DNA of 11,844 nt from Octopus sinensis (Eukaryota). Under the pieces are notes generated by a model, which saw nothing but the letters and a program-made list of their open reading frames with translations, was not told the DNA's origin and did not search any database. Of this stretch, positions 9,250 through 11,844 are shown one piece after another. Made by a program: the position numbers and the translations under genes. The stretch is taken from contig NW_021826793.1 in assembly GCF_006345805.1 (NCBI RefSeq), positions 1-11,844 on the forward strand, read 5' to 3'. Each line of letters opens with the position of its first letter. The stretch's first letter is position 1.

Positions 9250-9298
9250 CAAAATATGTTACTCTGAGTTTCTCGTTGCCGTTCATCAGACAGTTTTT
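9250..9298 (-). ncRNA. Minimal type I hammerhead ribozyme motif (minus strand)
   Basis: ctgt-CTGATGA-acg-GCAA-cga-GAAA-ctc-a-gag-TA-aca. Intact CUGAUGA and GAAA, GUA triplet, 1-nt stem III loop. A-A mismatch at the base of stem II. Confidence 0.7.
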
Positions 9299-9304
9299 GC
9301 TAGC

Positions 9305-9355
9305 AAAAAACTGTCTGATGAACGGCAACGAGAAACTCAGAGTTAACAGATTTTG
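9305..9355 (+). ncRNA. Minimal type I hammerhead ribozyme motif (plus strand)
   Basis: ctgt-CTGATGA(9315-9321)-acg-GCAA-cga-GAAA(9332-9335)-ctc-a-gag-TTA-acag. One extra T at the cleavage site; stem I ctgt/acag. Confidence 0.65.
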
Positions 9356-9474
9356 TTGAATTTTCTGCTGCTTAAAATAAAGCATATTACTCTACCACTG
9401 GTATTTGAGTACACTTTTTTCCACCTTGTTTCACATTTATGTGTTTACTCCGGTATATATATATATATATATAT

Positions 9475-9657
9475 CAAGCAAATCTCAAAAACGAAGAACA
9501 ACAAACACAAAAAACAACAACGAGAGGACGTGGTACATGTAAAGTATTAGCAGACGCTCAGGGAAGGAAAGAAAGATGGTTTAACGTGTTTAGCAACGCT
9601 CTTCAGAAACAGAGGAAAAGAGGAAATTCCAGTAGAAAGGAAGACCTTTTGTATGGT
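9475..9657 (-). mobile_element. Duplicate of the 6299-6480 repeat remnant (hammerhead-like motif 9579-9610, more decayed)
   Basis: Colinear with copy A; the GAAA half-core is altered. Confidence 0.4.
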
Positions 9658-9753
9658 CTAAAGTCTTTATCAATGTTTTGTAACTTGAAAGAGTATGATT
9701 TCAAGTACATCTCTTTCGGCAATTTTTTGTACAGGAGAAAACGTTCTTAAGTT

Positions 9754-9907
9754 CCGAGGCTTAGCAAAAGTGAGGCAAGGTAGGCAGACTCCCAGGGCGT
9801 GTAATATGAGGAGATGTAAAATTGTTTGCTGCTAATGCCTGTTAATTAATATGGGGGCTCAGAAGTGTCTTAAACTCCCGGCGCTGATAACCCTTACTAC
9901 GCCACAA
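9754..9907. mobile_element. MITE-like element, duplicate (154 bp)
   Basis: Same length, ends and gtt flanks as 6576-6729. Confidence 0.4.
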
Positions 9908-10012
9908 GTTAAACGGAAAGCGACATTAGGAAGTAGTTGAAAAACGGGTCGAAAGGAAACCCCACCTTGTAAAAGCTCAGACAAAGGTATCATTTGTAAT
10001 ATGGAACAATCT

Positions 10013-10429
10013 AGGGCGGCGAGCTGGCAGAATCGTTAGCACGCCGAGCGAAATGCTTAGCGGTGTTTCGTCTGCCGTTACGTTCTGAGTTGAAAACCGC
10101 CGAGGTCAGCTTTGCCTTTCATCTTTTCGTGGTCGATTAAATAAGTACCAGTTACGTACTGGGGTCGATGTAATCGAATTAAACCGTTTGTCTGTCCTTG
10201 TTTGTCCCTTCTGTATTTAGCCTCTTGTGGGTCGTGAAGAAATAGGTATTTCGTCTGCCGCTACGTTCTGAGTTCAAATTCCGCCGAGGTCAACTTTGCC
10301 TTTCATCCTTTCGGGGTCGATAAATTAAGTACCAGTTACGCACTGGTCTCGATGTAATCGACTTAATAACTTTGTCTGTTCTTGTTTGTCTCCTTTATGG
10401 TTTAGCCCCCTGTGAGCAATAAAGAAATA
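10013..10429 (+). mobile_element. Dimeric tRNA-derived SINE (monomers 10013-10245 and 10246-10429)
   Basis: A box TGGCAGAATCG; the second monomer has B box GAGTTCAAATTCC. Perfect 15-bp TSD aatatggaacaatct at 9998-10012 and 10430-10444. Confidence 0.93.
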
Positions 10430-10775
10430 AATATGGAACAATCTTAAAGCTAGCACTGCTGCCAGCGAATTTTGTGTATATTTTAATTGTTTTGCGCACA
10501 GATCGGGTTTAGACGAGATGAGTTAGCCGCTTTCTTTAGGTAAATATTCCAATATTTTCTAAATCCTAAACCCTTAATAAGACAACCAAGTAAGCGAGTA
10601 ATAATTATGAGTATGCATTTAAACGTATAATTTTTAAACGGTGCTGCCGTCATTCTTCGTTTTTATAACCTCGGCTGTTAACCAAGTGAAAAGCTGAAAC
10701 AAATCGGTGTTGTTTGTTTAACAAGGTCAATTCAAGCAGACCTATGCTGAAAGATGGACCGTCCCACATTTTTAT

Positions 10776-10813
10776 GTGTGCATGTATGTATGTATGCATA
10801 TGTGTGAGTGTGT

Positions 10814-10857
<44 letters not shown>

Positions 10858-10899
10858 TATATAAATATTATATGATATATAATATATATAATATATATA

Positions 10900-10930
<31 letters not shown>

Positions 10931-10960
10931 GTATTGGTATTATATATATAGAGAGAGAGA
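10776..10960. repeat. (TG)/(TATG)/(TA)/(GA) compound microsatellite
   Basis: Direct reading. Confidence 0.9.
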
Positions 10961-11039
10961 GTTCTGTATTCTATTGTATGTATCTTCACTGGCGCATGCG
11001 TATATGATATTATTAATTATTATTATACATACATACGTA

Positions 11040-11068
11040 AATAATATATAATAATAATAATAATAATA

Positions 11069-11101
<33 letters not shown>
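11040..11101. repeat. (AAT)n microsatellite
   Basis: Direct reading. Confidence 0.9.
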
Positions 11102-11332
11102 GTAGGTGTAAACACATGAAGAAAATAAAATAAACAAAAACAAATTACACGAACGTATATAAACAAGAGATACAAATATTCCAGGCACTTCCCCACATAC
11201 ACACACTAACTAAAAATAGACACACATAGAGGTAAACGCATCCGCAAATGAAGACACACAATAGAAATACAAAATACAAAATGGCTCACCGTTAGTAAGG
11301 AAAGACACACAAATAAGAAAGAAGAAAGCAAA

Positions 11333-11377
11333 GGACCACTGATGCCGTCATAGGAGTATGACGAAAGAACTCTGGCC
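11333..11377 (+). ncRNA. Possible degenerate type I hammerhead motif of a different sequence family
   Basis: ggacca-CTGATG(cc)-gtcata-ggag-tatgac-GAAA-g-aa-c-TC-tggcc. Perfect 6-bp stem II directly followed by GAAA, CUC triplet. A9 is absent. Confidence 0.4.
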
Positions 11378-11487
11378 GAAATAAGATTAAGATTAATGTA
11401 AAAAATAAATAACGCTGAAGCAAAAGTAACACCAAATATATAGTGCGTGTGTTTTTATTGGCTAAACTGGCAAAATGACCATTCCTA

Positions 11488-11496
11488 AATACAACA

Positions 11497-11530
<34 letters not shown>

Positions 11531-11585
11531 ATGGGTGTAGTTTATATATATATATAGATATATATATATATATATATATATATAG
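11488..11585. repeat. (TA)/(TG)/(TA) microsatellite
   Basis: Direct reading. Confidence 0.9.
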
Positions 11586-11595
11586 ATGAAATTTA

Positions 11596-11735
11596 CAGAA
11601 AAGCAAAAGACAAAGACAGGTGTATAAACAACAAGCAGGGTATTAGTTTGACGATCGCGAAGGTGAGAAGAAAGTCTTTACGCTTCGAGCCTACGCTCTT
11701 CAAGAGAAAGGAGCGCGAGGAAATAAACAGAGAGA
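11596..11735 (-). mobile_element. Microsatellite-anchored repeat related to 6299-6480, with a decayed hammerhead-like motif (11676-11710)
   Basis: Minus strand cttt-ctcttgaa-gagc-gtag-gctc-gaagcgta-aag. Stem II gagc/gctc is intact but the core is mutated. Sits between (TA)n and (AAT)n. Confidence 0.35.
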
Positions 11736-11737
11736 GA

Positions 11738-11749
11738 ATAATAATAATC

Positions 11750-11809
<60 letters not shown>

Positions 11810-11820
11810 CCAATAATAAT
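11738..11820. repeat. (AAT)n microsatellite
   Basis: Direct reading. Confidence 0.95.
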
Positions 11821-11844
11821 GAAACATTGATCATGTCGTCTCAA

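Larger units (their letters stand above)
9221..9453. mobile_element. Copy-B-specific insertion in (TA)n: 160-bp palindrome (9223-9382) plus a ~70-bp single-copy extension; PLE-like
   Basis: Absent from copy A. Arms of 79 and 81 bp centred on gctagc (9299-9304), with 2 mismatches and 2 one-base indels. The extension is homologous to 861-927. Confidence 0.8.
6730..9907 (+). repeat. Tandem segmental duplication, copy B (3178 bp)
   Basis: Same order of Tc1 remnant, three SINEs, unique spacer, PLE-like remnant and MITE as copy A, plus insertions 7543-8310 and 9221-9453. Followed by gttaaacggaaa at 9908-9919. Confidence 0.95.

Noticed and set aside
10013-10110. tRNA gene
   Set aside because: A and B boxes are present but spaced too far apart, no cloverleaf was seen, and the sequence continues into SINE core.
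10705-10775. Possible fragment of another dispersed repeat
   Set aside because: No second copy or boundary signal within the window; it needs a database search.

Overview
AT-rich eukaryotic non-coding DNA (intron or intergenic) with no recognisable host protein-coding gene. It is most likely from an octopus or other coleoid cephalopod, inferred from the SINE types and heavy microsatellite load. Almost all ORFs in the track are microsatellite read-through. The window contains a tandem duplication (copy A 4577-6729, copy B 6730-9907, about 3-4% diverged by manual count). Copy B carries two insertions that copy A lacks, so filled and empty sites sit side by side. The first is a 768-bp 5'-truncated R4/Dong-clade non-LTR retrotransposon (CCHC knuckle plus restriction-like endonuclease) inside an (ATT)n tract. 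The second is a 233-bp insert in a (TA)n tract, containing a 160-bp near-perfect palindrome with a minimal type I hammerhead ribozyme motif on each strand. Several more degenerate hammerhead-like motifs lie in microsatellite-anchored repeats, probably Penelope-like remnants. Also present: many tRNA-derived SINEs with a shared head and core but different 3' ends, two TSD-flanked dimeric SINEs in opposite orientation, an RTE-like LINE 3' end with C2H2 fingers, a Tc1 C-terminal remnant and a 154-bp MITE-like element. All family assignments come from motif recognition, not database searches.
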